Assembly: GCA_026770705.1 (NCBI GenBank) | Contig: JANJGN010000071.1 | Location: 1,612,001 to 1,676,000, forward strand | Direction: 5' to 3' | Length of the DNA stretch: 64,000 nt | DNA from: Isurus oxyrinchus | Taxonomy: Eukaryota | Part shown: positions 39,601-50,274 of the stretch, piece by piece | Numbering within the stretch: position 1 is the stretch's first letter | How the letters are laid out: every line of letters starts with the position of its first letter | Program-made: the position numbers and the translations under genes | Notes under the pieces: model-generated | Database searches by the model: none | What the model saw: only the letters and a program-made list of their open reading frames with translations | Told to the model about the DNA's origin: nothing

Positions 39601-42359
39601 TTCACACCCAGGGCCCCAGAGCATCACCCGGGGCCTCTGGAATACTAGCCCAGTGACAATACCTCTCTGCTACCGCTTCCCCTTAGTGAAGCCAGTCTTC
39701 CACTCAGAACTCCCCCCATTATCACCGTCATGAATCACTAATTAGTCTAACATTCCTGTCTGCTCTTCAACACAGCTGATTGGCTAATCTGATTCAATCT
39801 GATTGGTGTTCATTCCCTGTTCAATGTTTAAGGAATCACCAATCACTCGTCCTCTAGTTATTCTCCTGCCCACAAGAGGGAACATTCTCTGTCTACCCAG
39901 TCAATCAAAACCTTTCATCTAAACCTAGTGGTGCTTGAGTATATAGTCGGGAATCCAGGGCAATGGAGCCTCAGGAGAAGAGATGGAAACCCTGTGAGGT
40001 GGAACGTCACTGAGGCCATCCGAGTTGAAGCAACTTTTGGAGAGAATTCCAAGGCAAGATCTTCGAAGTTGAAGACTGGAATCCCTCATGAGAGAAACAG
40101 AGTTTCAGTGAGATTGGTTGACAGACAGTGTTCACTGATGTCCGGGTGGGTTGTTGTGAAATCCATGGGCTCTATCTTGGTCGCGTTTACAATTTAATGA
40201 GTAATGTGGCTGTGAGACCACAGTTTGCCTGTTAATTCACATGAGCTCATATTAATCCAGAATGTTAGGGTATAAGGTGGATATTGTAAATTATTTTATC
40301 TTTCTGAGCTGGTTTAGTAAAGTTTATTTTTGTTTGTTTAAAAGCCATGGAATCTTGTAGCTCTATTCTCTTTGCAAGCGTCTTAAATCTCAAACCTCGT
40401 CTACTTGAAACAAAATATTATTGGTTCCTAACTGTAAATTACGAAAAAAATTGGGTGCCTGTTCCTCCATCAGCAACTCTTTAACCCTTTTATCCCTCCA
40501 AGTAATAAGATTTTGTAAATGTATTCATTCATGGGATGTGGGCGTCGCTGCCAAGGCCAGCATTTGCTGCCCATCTCTAATGTCCCGTGACATAATCTCT
40601 GTAGCAGAGTAGAGACAATCATGATCACTCAGGATATTTGACATCTATCCACAAGAGCAGCTTAGGCTTCCTTCTCTCTTTCAGTTATCTTACTCCCTTA
40701 TTGAAGTTTCTAGCATGGTGAGAACTGGATGGTTTGCTCGGACATTTCAGAGGAACCACGTTGCTATGAGTCTGGAGTCACATGTAGGTCAGACCAGATA
40801 TAGACGGCAGATTTCCTTCCCTAAAGGCCATTAGTGAACCAGATGGGTGTGTATGACAATCGATGATAGTTTCATGGTCTCCATTACTGAGACTAACTCC
40901 CATTAGTGTAAACAGAGTGAACAGTTTTCCATTGATCCCACCTTTCCCGTTCTCTCCGGTATTTTACACACTATTGCTCGATAATTTGATTCTGCCAAGG
41001 ACCCCTTGGAAAATCATGGACCCCAGTTAGACAACCGATGGAATAAGGAATCTCTTTGGATTCTCATTGTCTAAGGAATCTCTTCGGATCCTCATTGTCG
41101 AAGGAATCTCTTTGGATCCTCATTGTCTAATGGATTATTTCTGATCCAAACTCCATATTGTTGTATTGTTGATTCCAATGCAGCATTGTAGACTGACTTG
41201 TCCCCAAGCTCAGCACTGACCCTACTCCAGCAGAGACTGTGAAACACACTAACAAAGCGCCTCTAGCCTGAGCTCTGCATGTGTCGGAGGTGCCGTTGTG
41301 GTGGTTTCATGACTTTCAAAGATGCTGTTGTCATTTTTTTTGTTCAAACTGAACTGGGCCCCACATGAAGTGTTGATACCAGAAACCTCTTGTTCCCTGT
41401 CCTTCTGAAACATCTGTGATTGAACAGGATTCTGAAGATTTGCTGATAAGGTTCTTAAATTGTCTGATTGTTGATTGATACAACACAGGAGGAGCTCATG
41501 TGACTCATCGTGCATGTGCTGACTCTTTCCCAATTCCTCTCCAAAACCTTTCGCACATTCCTGCAAATTTCCCTTCAAGTATTTATCCAGTTCCCCTTCT
41601 GAAAGTTCCTGTTGAATCTGCTTCCACCACTCTTTCAGGCAGTGAGGCAATGGTCTCTCTCTGAGCTGCAAAGTGCTCAGATTCTGTGAAATTTAAACTA
41701 TGCAGCAGATCAGAGACACTCATGATAACTCAGAATATTTGACACCTTTACACCCAGTCAGCTTTGCCTTTCTTCTCTCTTTCAGTTATCTTGCTCTCTT
41801 ATTGAAGTATCTAGCAAGGTGAGAATGGACAGGAAGTGTGACACTGAACAACCTGTCTATTCTAGGAGCTGCTGTGTTGTCTTCATGGGAAGTTTTGAAT
41901 AAAGGCAGCAAAGGACACAAATTTCAGGTCATTGCTATCGGAGACCTCACATTAGGATAGGCTTCATCCCCCAGTTTTTATCCCTGCTTCTCTACTCAAC
42001 ACATCAATCCCCATCGCTCACTGACCAACGTCCGACAGCACCTGAATTTCAAGATTCTGCTCTCGCTGCTACAAACCTGCCTATCCCTGTAAACTCCTCC
42101 AGCCCCTACAACCCTTCAAGACCACTGGTCTACTCCAATTCTGCTGTCAGACAGGGAGTCAGTGTACATCAGTGAGCACAGGGGTGATGGGTGAACGGGA
42201 CTTGGCGTGAGTTTGTACACTGGATCACTGCTGAATCAGTTCCCTATCAGAGCTCAATAAGAATGATCTTTAACAAAGACTATTAACCATAAATCTGTCC
42301 GAGCTGACAATGGTATTACCTTGCAGAAGTGACAGGAGGAAGTAAGATTTCCCGATCAT
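21858..42359 (-). CDS. Siglec-family inhibitory receptor with 14 Ig domains (V + C2 + 12 tandem C2), TM, ITIM + ITSM-like tail; spliced, ~1504 aa
   Basis: Exons join in frame at canonical AG/GT sites: 42320-42359, 38825-39190, 38157-38453, 12 x 282 nt, 24087-24183, 23126-23207, 21858-22106 (total 4515 nt). Siglec hallmarks are in the V domain and the tail. Orthology (MAG/CD22/SIGLEC1/CD33-related) cannot be assigned by eye. Confidence 0.88.
22295..22915 (+). repeat. 33-bp minisatellite (CAGTACTGACCCTCTGACAGTGCAGCACTCCCT)n; other arrays near 2490, 5420, 7980, 18000, 19820, 37620, 47480, 50420, 52790, 58930, 61070
   Basis: ~19 tandem units; the unit is 11 codons long, explaining the spurious STDPLTVQHSL / VLRECCTVRGS ORFs. 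Confidence 0.95.
23126..23207 (-). CDS. Cytoplasmic exon 1 (RKTATQERVSGTSDIALNPRSLSVKHQ)
   Basis: 82 nt, ttattgcag|G ... CAG|gtacag; phase 2-0 bridges the TM and terminal exons exactly; paralogous copies keep the same boundaries. Confidence 0.78.
24087..24183 (-). CDS. Transmembrane exon (RRDSSKWTVGLFTAGIMLSVFLAGIFIFICVRK)
   Basis: tttttacag|GT ... AGAAA|gtaagt, 97 nt, phase 1-2; ~23 uncharged hydrophobic residues followed by a basic stop-transfer. Confidence 0.88.
24998..25279 (-). CDS. Tandem C2 Ig exon R12 (membrane-proximal)
   Basis: 282 nt, intact AG/GT, open frame. Confidence 0.88.
26041..26322 (-). CDS. Tandem C2 Ig exon R11
   Basis: 282 nt, intact AG/GT, open frame. Confidence 0.88.
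27301..27582 (-). CDS. Tandem C2 Ig exon R10
   Basis: 282 nt, intact AG/GT, open frame. Confidence 0.88.
28366..28647 (-). CDS. Tandem C2 Ig exon R9
   Basis: 282 nt, intact AG/GT, open frame. Confidence 0.88.
29455..29736 (-). CDS. Tandem C2 Ig exon R8
   Basis: 282 nt, intact AG/GT, open frame; NRTSCYNE carries an extra Cys. Confidence 0.88.
30522..30803 (-). CDS. Tandem C2 Ig exon R7
   Basis: 282 nt, intact AG/GT, open frame. Confidence 0.88.
31584..31865 (-). CDS. Tandem C2 Ig exon R6
   Basis: 282 nt, intact AG/GT, open frame. Confidence 0.88.
32672..32953 (-). CDS. Tandem C2 Ig exon R5
   Basis: 282 nt, intact AG/GT, open frame. Confidence 0.88.
33751..34032 (-). CDS. Tandem C2 Ig exon R4
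   Basis: 282 nt, intact AG/GT, APRNPS-type N-terminus shared with R11. Confidence 0.88.
35313..35594 (-). CDS. Tandem C2 Ig exon R3
   Basis: 282 nt, intact AG/GT, open frame (YQCEAEN variant). Confidence 0.88.
36232..36513 (-). CDS. Tandem C2 Ig exon R2
   Basis: 282 nt, intact AG/GT, open frame, near-identical to R1. Confidence 0.88.
37197..37478 (-). CDS. Tandem C2 Ig exon R1
   Basis: 282 nt, tttttag|ATGCACCA ... GTGGAAC|gtgagt; APQNLSI..ICSVESFPASNLTW..DTGDYQCVAENEHG..ITVE. Confidence 0.88.
38157..38453 (-). CDS. Siglec domain 2 (C2-type Ig) exon
   Basis: 297 nt, phase 1-1. DFTDKPTIFPAEIIAGKRVDVSCTFNTTC..LTW..SVLTLIPS..HHGHTLSCRV has the extra Cys expected for the D1-D2 disulfide. Confidence 0.9.
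38825..39190 (-). CDS. Siglec V-set (sialic-acid-binding) Ig domain exon
   Basis: 366 nt, phase 1-1. EWKGDTP..GSCVQIPCHYSYP..GVWF..GDCSLII..EDAGPYYFRIE shows the N-terminal Trp, CxxxxC, E-strand Cys and F-strand Arg typical of Siglecs. Confidence 0.93.
42320..42359 (-). CDS. Leader exon, coding part (MIGKSYFLLSLLQ|V); exon extends as 5'UTR to 42401
   Basis: ATG at 42359, hydrophobic 13 codons + 1 nt, donor CAAG|gtaata, upstream acceptor ctctttcag. Phase 1 joins the V exon to give ...LLQVGWSQEW. Confidence 0.8.
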
Positions 42360-42791
42360 TGTCCACTCCCAGATATTTCCTCAGCTTCTAACTCTGAAGT
42401 TCTGAAAGAGAAAGGAGTTAATGAGACTTCACCTCTTGTCCGAATGCTCTTGAGAGATCAGAACTGCTTTTAGACAATATCTTCACAGACTAATTTGATT
42501 CTCTGTGGGATGATAGGTGCTCTACAGAGAGTTACAAGGCTTTCAGAAAGAAAAACAATGAAGGTCTTGCATTTCTATAGCACCTTTCACCACCTTGGAT
42601 GTCCCCAAGCTCATGTCCCTTGAGCTAGAAAGATGTTCTGTACAACAGACTTGAGCCTCACACCCAGATCTCAATAATCAGTAGAAATCTTTCAAAGGCA
42701 TCGATCATTGGAATCTGTCTTTATAAAGTCACAACATCAGCAAAGGACGGTGTTGGTGGTGGAAGTGAATTCCAATCGTTCCGTTACTTAC

Positions 42792-42935
42792 CCAGGACCT
42801 GTCCGACTGCTCGCCTGGGGAGGAACTGCCCACACGCTCTGCTTGGGCTGAATGACCTCATCCTGTGCTGATCCATCTGTGTATTAAATTAGAAAAGGCT
42901 GATGTGTCACTGTGAGCCAAAATGAGGAAGTTGGA
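42792..42935 (-). promoter_or_regulatory. Putative non-coding first exon (donor at 42791) and PU.1/ETS site of the Siglec gene
   Basis: CTGG|gtaagt strong donor upstream of the leader exon's acceptor; AAAATGAGGAAGT at 42919-42931 matches the PU.1 consensus. Confidence 0.45.
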
Positions 42936-42989
42936 ACAAAGTGAGTGAACAGCACTTAGCTGTGCACTGTCAGCAAACCCTGTGTCTGT

Positions 42990-45950
42990 ATAAGAATATA
43001 AGAACAGAACAAGTAGGATCAGCTGGACACCCTGACATTTTCATTCCTTGTATTCCATCCACTCATTTTTTTATCTACTCACTGAAACTATTTATCTCCC
43101 TCTGCAGCCTCTTTGTGTCCTCCTCACAACTTGCTTTCCTGCACAGCTTATATATTTCCTACCTATCTTCACCATACAGTCAGAAAATCTGCCTACAGTA
43201 CAGTCAGTCTCTTCATCCAAGTCACTAATGTAGATTGTGAATAGTTGAGGCCTCAGCACTGATCCCTGTGGCTCTCCACTAGTTACAGTTTACCAAGCTG
43301 AAAATCACCCATTTATCCTGGCTCTCTGTTTCCTGTCAGTTCGCCAGTCCTCTATCCGTATTAATATATCCCCCCCAACACCATCCAATTTCACCCTGTG
43401 CATTGTCCTTTGATGTGGCACCTTATCGAATGCCTTTTGGAAATGCAATGTCATGAAGAGATATTTGTGTGTAAAATGTGCTTTGAAATTATTATTTAAA
43501 ATAGAATTCTAGTGGTGGTCCATGTATAGGTGTGTGTCTGGGTGTGTCTTAATTGGATTAAAGCCAGCTGGTCTGTGTGCTTTGATGTTTAGTAGTTTTG
43601 AGATGTTAATTGGGTGAATTGTGAGGAGAACAGTAAAGTGTTCATTTGCAATTGTTGAATAAACCATTCCAGACTGGGGGTAAAATCTTGCACCTAGTTA
43701 GAAGGAGCCAAAAGATGTGTTTTTTCTTGTTTTTACTAATGAAATTGGTGCTATGAAAGGGGGTTTTATTGTTCGACGAGCTGGAGTTCAGAAGTCCGAG
43801 TGATACAATGGAAAATTTACATTCAAAGGGAAAGCTAGTTATATAAAGGAAGGAGTTTGTGTGTGTGAGGCAGGAGCATTTCAGACCTAACCAGCCTGTA
43901 GCCTCCAACCAACTAGCAAAGGAACCTCATTCGGAATTCGTAATGTCAAATGTGCTTTGCCTGGTGTCTATATTATGTCAATGGTTCATTGTTGCCTTAG
44001 TAGAGATTTTCATGGGGGTGATTAATTGGGGGATTTGTTAAAAAGTTATTATAGTAGTTATTTGTAGCCAATGTGTATGTGTTAAATTAATAAATGGTTT
44101 ATTTAGTTTTATATAAAAAACCCACAATCCTCGGTGGTCTTATTCCTACTGAATTCAAAGTCTTCATCTCGAAATTACAAACAGCAAAATTGGGTTATGA
44201 CATTTGTTTCAATTTTCCCTCTGGGATTTGAACAACTCAGCCTTTACCCTTGGCTGTGTCATAGTCCCTAATACACCACATCTACAGGTTCCACTTTATC
44301 CAATCCACTTGTTCCATCCTCGAGGAAATCTAATTATTTTTTCAAACATGATATCCCTTTCACAAACCCATGTTGACTAAGTCTGATTGAATTATGGATT
44401 TCTAAATGTCCTGCTGCTCCCTCCTTCATAATGAATTCTGGTATTTTCCCAATGACAGATATTAGACTAACTGACCTGTAGTTTCTTGCTTTCTGCCTCC
44501 TCCCTTTATTGAACAGAAATGTTTCATTTATGTTTTTCCAATCCGCTGGGACCTTCCCATAATCTAAGGAATTCTGGAAGATTACAACCAATGCATCCAC
44601 CGTCTCTGCAGCCATTTCCTTTCAGACCCTCACATTCAGGCCGTCTGCTCCATGGGACTTGTCAGCATTTGTCTCATTAGTTTTCTTAATACTTTTTCTC
44701 TGGTGATAGTGATTGTTTTATGTTCCTCCCTCCTTGTTGCACCGTGACTTTCTCCTGCTATTGGGATGGTTTTAGAGATTTTTACTGTGAAGACAGACCC
44801 AAAATTCTTGTTGAAAGTCTCTGTCATTTCCTTGTTTCCCATTATTAATTCCCCAGTCTGATTTTCTATGTGTCCCATTATTACTGTAGCTTCTCTCTTA
44901 TTTTAATGTACAACATCTCACTGTCATTGTTTATGGTTCTTGCTAGTTTACTCTCATATCATCATTTCTGCCTCCTTATATTTCTCCCCTCACTTTTCTG
45001 GTTTCTCAAATATTCCCAATCTCCAGCCTATCACTAAGCATCCCAACATTGCCGGCTTTATCTCACAATTGGATACCGTCCTTAGCTTCCTGAGTTAGCC
45101 GCCGATGCTCCATCCTTTTTATAGATTCTTTCTTTCTTACTGGAAAATATCTTCATTGGCATTTATGAAACATCTCTTTAGATGCCTGTTACTCCTCATC
45201 TACACGCCCCCCCCCCCCCCCCCCTTTAACCTGCTGTCCCACTCTACTTGGGCCGACTCTACTTTTAACCCTTGTAATTGCCTTTAGTTAAGTTTATGAC
45301 ACTAGCTTCAGACCCAAGTTTCCAAATTGAATATTAAATTTCAACACCGTATGATTACTCTTCCCTTGAGGATCCTTTACAATGAGATGTTAATTAGTCT
45401 TGTCTCATTAAACATTGCCAGGACTAAAACAGCCTCTACCCTGGTTGGTTCCATGTTGCATTGTTCTAAAATACTGTCCTGAATACAATCTGTATAACCT
45501 CGCTGAAAGCTACATTTGCTAATCTGATTTGTCTAATCCATATGACGATTGAAAACTCCCATGATTAATGTGGTGCCTTTCTCACAGACCTCCTCATGTA
45601 TTGATTTATAATCTACCCCTGCAGTGTAACTACTGTCAGGGGGGAGTATAAACCAACCCACCAGTGATTTCTTTCCCTTGCAATTCCTTATGTTCACCCA
45701 AACTGACTGTGCATCTTGACATCTGAGCCAAAATCATTTCTCACTACTTTACAGGTCTCATCTTTTATTAACAGAGCTACCCCACCTCCTTTTCATTTTT
45801 CCTATCCTTTCAAAGATTCCAAATATCCTTCAATTTTCAATTTCCAACCTTGGTCACCTTGCAACCAACTCTCTGCAGTGTCCATCTTATCGTACCCATT
45901 AATCTCTATTTGTGCTATGACTTCATTCATTTGTTCCAACTTTATATTTT
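42990..45950 (-). mobile_element. Degenerate CR1-clade LINE ORF2 (interrupted by LTR); its 44988-45950 part is duplicated at 1-955
   Basis: IFQNSLDYGKVPADWK..NYRSVSLISVIGK..SQHGFVKG RT-upstream motifs; frameshifted. Confidence 0.85.
43449..44265 (+). mobile_element. Solo LTR-like element nested in a CR1 LINE
   Basis: Starts TGTCATGA, ends ..TGTGTCATAG; CR1 sequence resumes on both sides; homologous to 2896-3653. Confidence 0.7.
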
Positions 45951-47085
45951 ATATATTCATTCTTCCATGGGAAGTGGGCATCACTGGCTAGGCCAGCATT
46001 TATGGCCCATCCTTAATTACCTTGAGAAGGTGGTGGTGAGCTGCCTTCCGGACCCTCTGCACTCCATGTGGTGTAGGTACACCCACAATGCTGTTAGAGA
46101 AGGAAGTCCAAGATTTTGACCCAGTGGCAGTGAAGGAATGGCGATATATTTCAAAATCAGGATGATGTGTGTCTTGGAGGCGAACTTCCAGGTGGTGGTG
46201 TCTGGGCATTTCAATCCCTTGTGACAATAAATGTAATATTATAGAAAATGCAAAGGCTTCTTGTAATCTATCACAGAATAAACAAGTTGCAGAATTCAGA
46301 AAGCACTTTCTGAAATGTCAACAAAGTTCAGTGACATCACATTTCTGCTAATTACTATTCGGCCATGTTGGCTGCACGCAGTCAGGCAGTCCCTCGGTTG
46401 TGATGTGTCCACACAGCAGTACTGGGATGCATCAGCATCAAAGGACATGCTTAGTTGTTGCCGTGCAATGCATTTATTGCGAGGCTGTTGCACACACGCC
46501 CTGTCGATGGACCCTCCGAATTACCATTCTGAATCGAGGCAAATCAACTTTCCTGCAACAACTTGCATTTATATGGCACACTTAATGTAACAAACTGTCC
46601 CCAATCTCTTCAGGGGATTGTTACCTACATATAAATCCATCTCAGAGACACATAATGAGGTATTAGGGACAGGTGACAAAAAGCTGATTTCACAAAGCCA
46701 GTTAATNNNNNNNNNNNNNNNNNNNNNNNNNNNNNNNNNNNNNNNNNNNNNNNNNNNNNNNNNNNNNNNNNNNNNNNNNNNNNNNNNNNNNNNNNNNNNN
46801 NNNNNNNNNNNNNNNNNNNNNNNNNNNNNNNNNNNNNNNNNNNNNNNNNNNNNNNNNNNNNNNNNNNNNNNNNNNNNNNNNNNNNNACTGAATCTCTGTC
46901 CCCAATGACTCAGCATCAAGTCGTCACTGGGGAAACATTTCATTCCAAACCACACCAACCACAGACCCATTCAGTCCCTTCCTCCCTCTCTCCCCCTCTC
47001 CCCCAGTGGGTTGTCTCATGTTCCCAAGAATCTTCATCCCTGCCACCATCCACAAACCTCCTGACCACCTCTGCCTTTTTCACGC

Positions 47086-47334
47086 TCAGTTTCGCTTGAA
47101 TCTGATCTGTGCGTATTCCGTCTGCTCTTCCCTGTGGACAGACCCATCACCACTGGGCACCCTGAAGACTTGGGGATTGGCGTAGAGAAGCTCGTCGGGA
47201 TTGTCAGGGTTCCCATGTCCAGCATCGCCTCCCACTGCACATTCAGAGACACCCCGGGGAGCTGGGGTCTCCCCCTCGCTAGTTGTGTCTCTGGTTGTGT
47301 TCCGGGGCTCAGTAATCAGCACGTTCTGTTTACC
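47086..47334 (-). other. Orphan terminal cytoplasmic exon, duplicate of 2092-2340 (LLYANP / TEYAQI)
   Basis: Two amino-acid differences from the 2092 copy; intact acceptor. Confidence 0.8.
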
Positions 47335-47889
47335 CTACAGAGAAATGGAAACAGAAGGCATCCTCACATCATTTACTGGCACTGATAGGGTTAAAATATT
47401 CTGCAGCCTCGTTAGTGTCAGTCGTGGGTCAGTGGGTTTAACCCTCTCTCACATGTCTTATGAAAGAAAACACCTATGGCAGTGCAGTGCTCCCTCAGTA
47501 CTGACCCTTCGATAGTGCAGCACTTCCTCAATGCTGACCATCCAACAGTGCAGCACTCCCTCAGTACTGACCCTCCGACAGTGCAGCGCTCCCTCAGTAC
47601 TGATCCTCCAGCAGTGCAGCACTCCCTCAGTACTGACCCTCCGACAGTATAGGTCTTCCTCAGTACTGACCCTCTGACAGTGCAGCACTCCCTCAGTACT
47701 GACCCTCTGACAGTGCAGCACTCCCTCAGTACTGACCCTCTGTCAGTCTTGCACTCCCTCGGTAATGGCTCTGGCCAGTGTCGGCTTGGATTCTGCACTC
47801 AGGTGCCTGGTGTGAGGCTCAATAACATGAATCTTGTAATCAGAGAGAGGATGAGAGAGAGAGAGAGAGATGAAGGGTCAGAGACTGAG

Positions 47890-48647
47890 CGTTATGAATC
47901 TATTAATGTATGTATTGTAATTGGAAATTGTCTTTTTAAACAGAGGTTTAGTCTGTGGGTGTGTGTGTGTGTGTTTTAATTGGATTAAAGACAGCCGGTC
48001 TGGGTACTTTTATGTATAGTAGTTTTGAGATGTAAACAAAGAGGTAAAGAGGCATATTGCATTTTTAAAAGGAGGATTCAAAGCCTGGGAGTGAATTCTT
48101 AAACCAATCAATGTTTATATTACTAATAAAATTGATACTATGAAACGGGATTTATAGTTAGAAGAGATGGAGATCAAAGGTCCTGATGATACAATGAGAA
48201 TTTACATTCAAAGAGAAGAGCTGGGTATAACTTGAGCAGTTTTGTGTGTGCAGAGCAGAGGCTTGTAACATCAAAGCAGCTGTAAGCCTACACCTGTCTG
48301 CAAAGGAACCAAAGTGAAAGGAACCTCATTTGGAATTTCTGAGGTGAAAATGCTTCGCTTGGAATCTGCTTAAAGTCTATGGGTTGTCTTAGAGGACGTT
48401 AGTTTGGGAATTTGTTAAATAGTTATGATAATACTAGTTTGTAGCCATGTGCATATGATTAACTTGTGAAAATTAATAAATGTCTCATGTAGTTTGATAT
48501 AAACCCATCTCAAGAACTGATGGTCTTATTCCTGAATTTAGAGCTGCATCTCAAACATTCCACTGGGAAATATAGGTTATGACAGTTGTTTAAAGTTTCC
48601 CTCTGGGATTTTAAACAACAGCCTTTACCAGTTGCTGTGTCATAACA
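47890..48647 (+). mobile_element. Solo LTR-like element (duplicate of 2896-3653)
   Basis: Same termini and sequence. Confidence 0.7.
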
Positions 48648-48782
48648 GAGAGACAGCATGATACTGAACCATTGCTGACTCCACAGGTACAAATCAGTGG
48701 GTAACTGGGCTGGGAATCTGGGACATGTGTTGTCTACACACTGAGATTGAAGCTTTGGAGTGAGTGTAAACAGCTCCTGTAC

Positions 48783-48864
48783 CTGGTGCTTCACAGAGAG
48801 TGGACTGGGGGTCAATGCAATGTCACTGGTCCCTGAAACTCTCTCCTCCATCGCTGTCTTTCTC
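48783..48864 (-). other. Orphan cytoplasmic exon 1, duplicate of 3789-3870
   Basis: 82 nt, intact splice sites. Confidence 0.78.
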
Positions 48865-49783
48865 CTGTAATAACAAAATATCACACTGTGGTTATCATAT
48901 AGCAGAGAGTCAGTGTAGCACAGACACAGAGCCCACTGTAATCTTAGACCAACGACTGGGACTGTCTCTTTAAATCAGTTCTATACAAAGCACAGAATCA
49001 AGAAGCTTGACACCATCCAGGACAAAGCAGCCCGATTGATCTACACCCCATCCACCACATTAAACATTCACTCCCTCCACAACGAACACACAGTGGAAGC
49101 AGTGTGTGTACCATCTACAAGATGCACTGCAGCAACTCAGCAAGGCTCCTTCAACAGCACCTTCCAAACCCACGACCTCTACCATCTAGAAGGACAAGGG
49201 CAGCAGACACATGGGAACACCACCACCTGGAAGTTCCCCTCCAAGCCACTCACCATCCTGACTTGGAAATATATCATCGTTCCTTCACTGTCACTGGGTC
49301 AAAATCCTGGAACTCCCTCCCTAACAGCACTGTGGGTGTACCTACACCACATGGACTGCAGCGGGTCAAGAAGGCTGATCACCACCACCTTCTCAAGGGC
49401 AATTAGGGATGGGCATTAATGCTGGCATCACCAGTGACAGCCACATTCGATGTAAGAATTAAAAATCTCACAGCTCAATGTATTTATTGGGATCCTCCTG
49501 CACACACGCCCTGTCGAAGGAGCCTTTGTGGTTCCATTGTTAATCGAAGCAGATCAGACTTACTGCAACTACTTGCATTTATATAGGACCTTTAATGTAG
49601 CAAAATGTCCCAAGGCTCATCCGGGAATTGTTAGTCACATCTTCACCTGACTCTGAGGCACATGAGGAGATATAAGGGACAGGAGACCAACAGCTGAGTC
49701 AACAAAGTCAGTTATTAACGGGCATCTTAAAGGAGGAGCTGGAGATAGAGAATGAGTGACAGACACAGAAAGAAAGACAAAGA

Positions 49784-49828
<45 letters not shown>

Positions 49829-50025
49829 TGAATCTCTATCCCCAGTGGCTCAGCATCCAGTCCTCTCTGGAGAAGCATTCCATTCCAAACCACAGCAACC
49901 GCAGCCCAATCGCATCCCTTCCTCCCTCTCTCCCCCTCTCCCCCAGTGGGTTGTTTCCTGTTCCCAGGAATCTCAATCACTACCCCCACCCTCACACCTC
50001 CTCACTCCCACTCCCCATTTCTCAT

Positions 50026-50274
50026 TCAGTTATGCTCGAACCTGATCTGTGCGTATTCCGTCTCCTCTTCCCTGTGGACAGACCCATCATCACTGGACAT
50101 CCTCAATACTTGGGGATTGGCGTAGAGAAGGCCGTTGGGATTGTCGATGTGCCAATGTCCAGCATCGCCTCCCAATGCACCTTCAGAGAGACCCCGGGGA
50201 GCTGGGGTCTCCCCCTCACTAGTTGTGTCTCTGGTTGTGTTCCGGGGCTCAGTAATCAGCACGTTCTGTTTACC
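50026..50274 (-). other. Orphan terminal cytoplasmic exon, duplicate of 5024-5272
   Basis: Identical translated peptide; intact acceptor. Confidence 0.8.

Noticed and set aside
41040-41130. Three ~29-bp direct repeats (AAGGAATCTCTTTGGATCCTCATTGTCT)
   Set aside because: Small intronic tandem duplication with no spacers and no functional evidence.
21858-42359. Assigning a symbol such as SIGLEC1, MAG or CD22
   Set aside because: Mixed features (MAG-like C2 motif CVAENxxG, CD33-like tail, sialoadhesin-like length); needs phylogeny and synteny.
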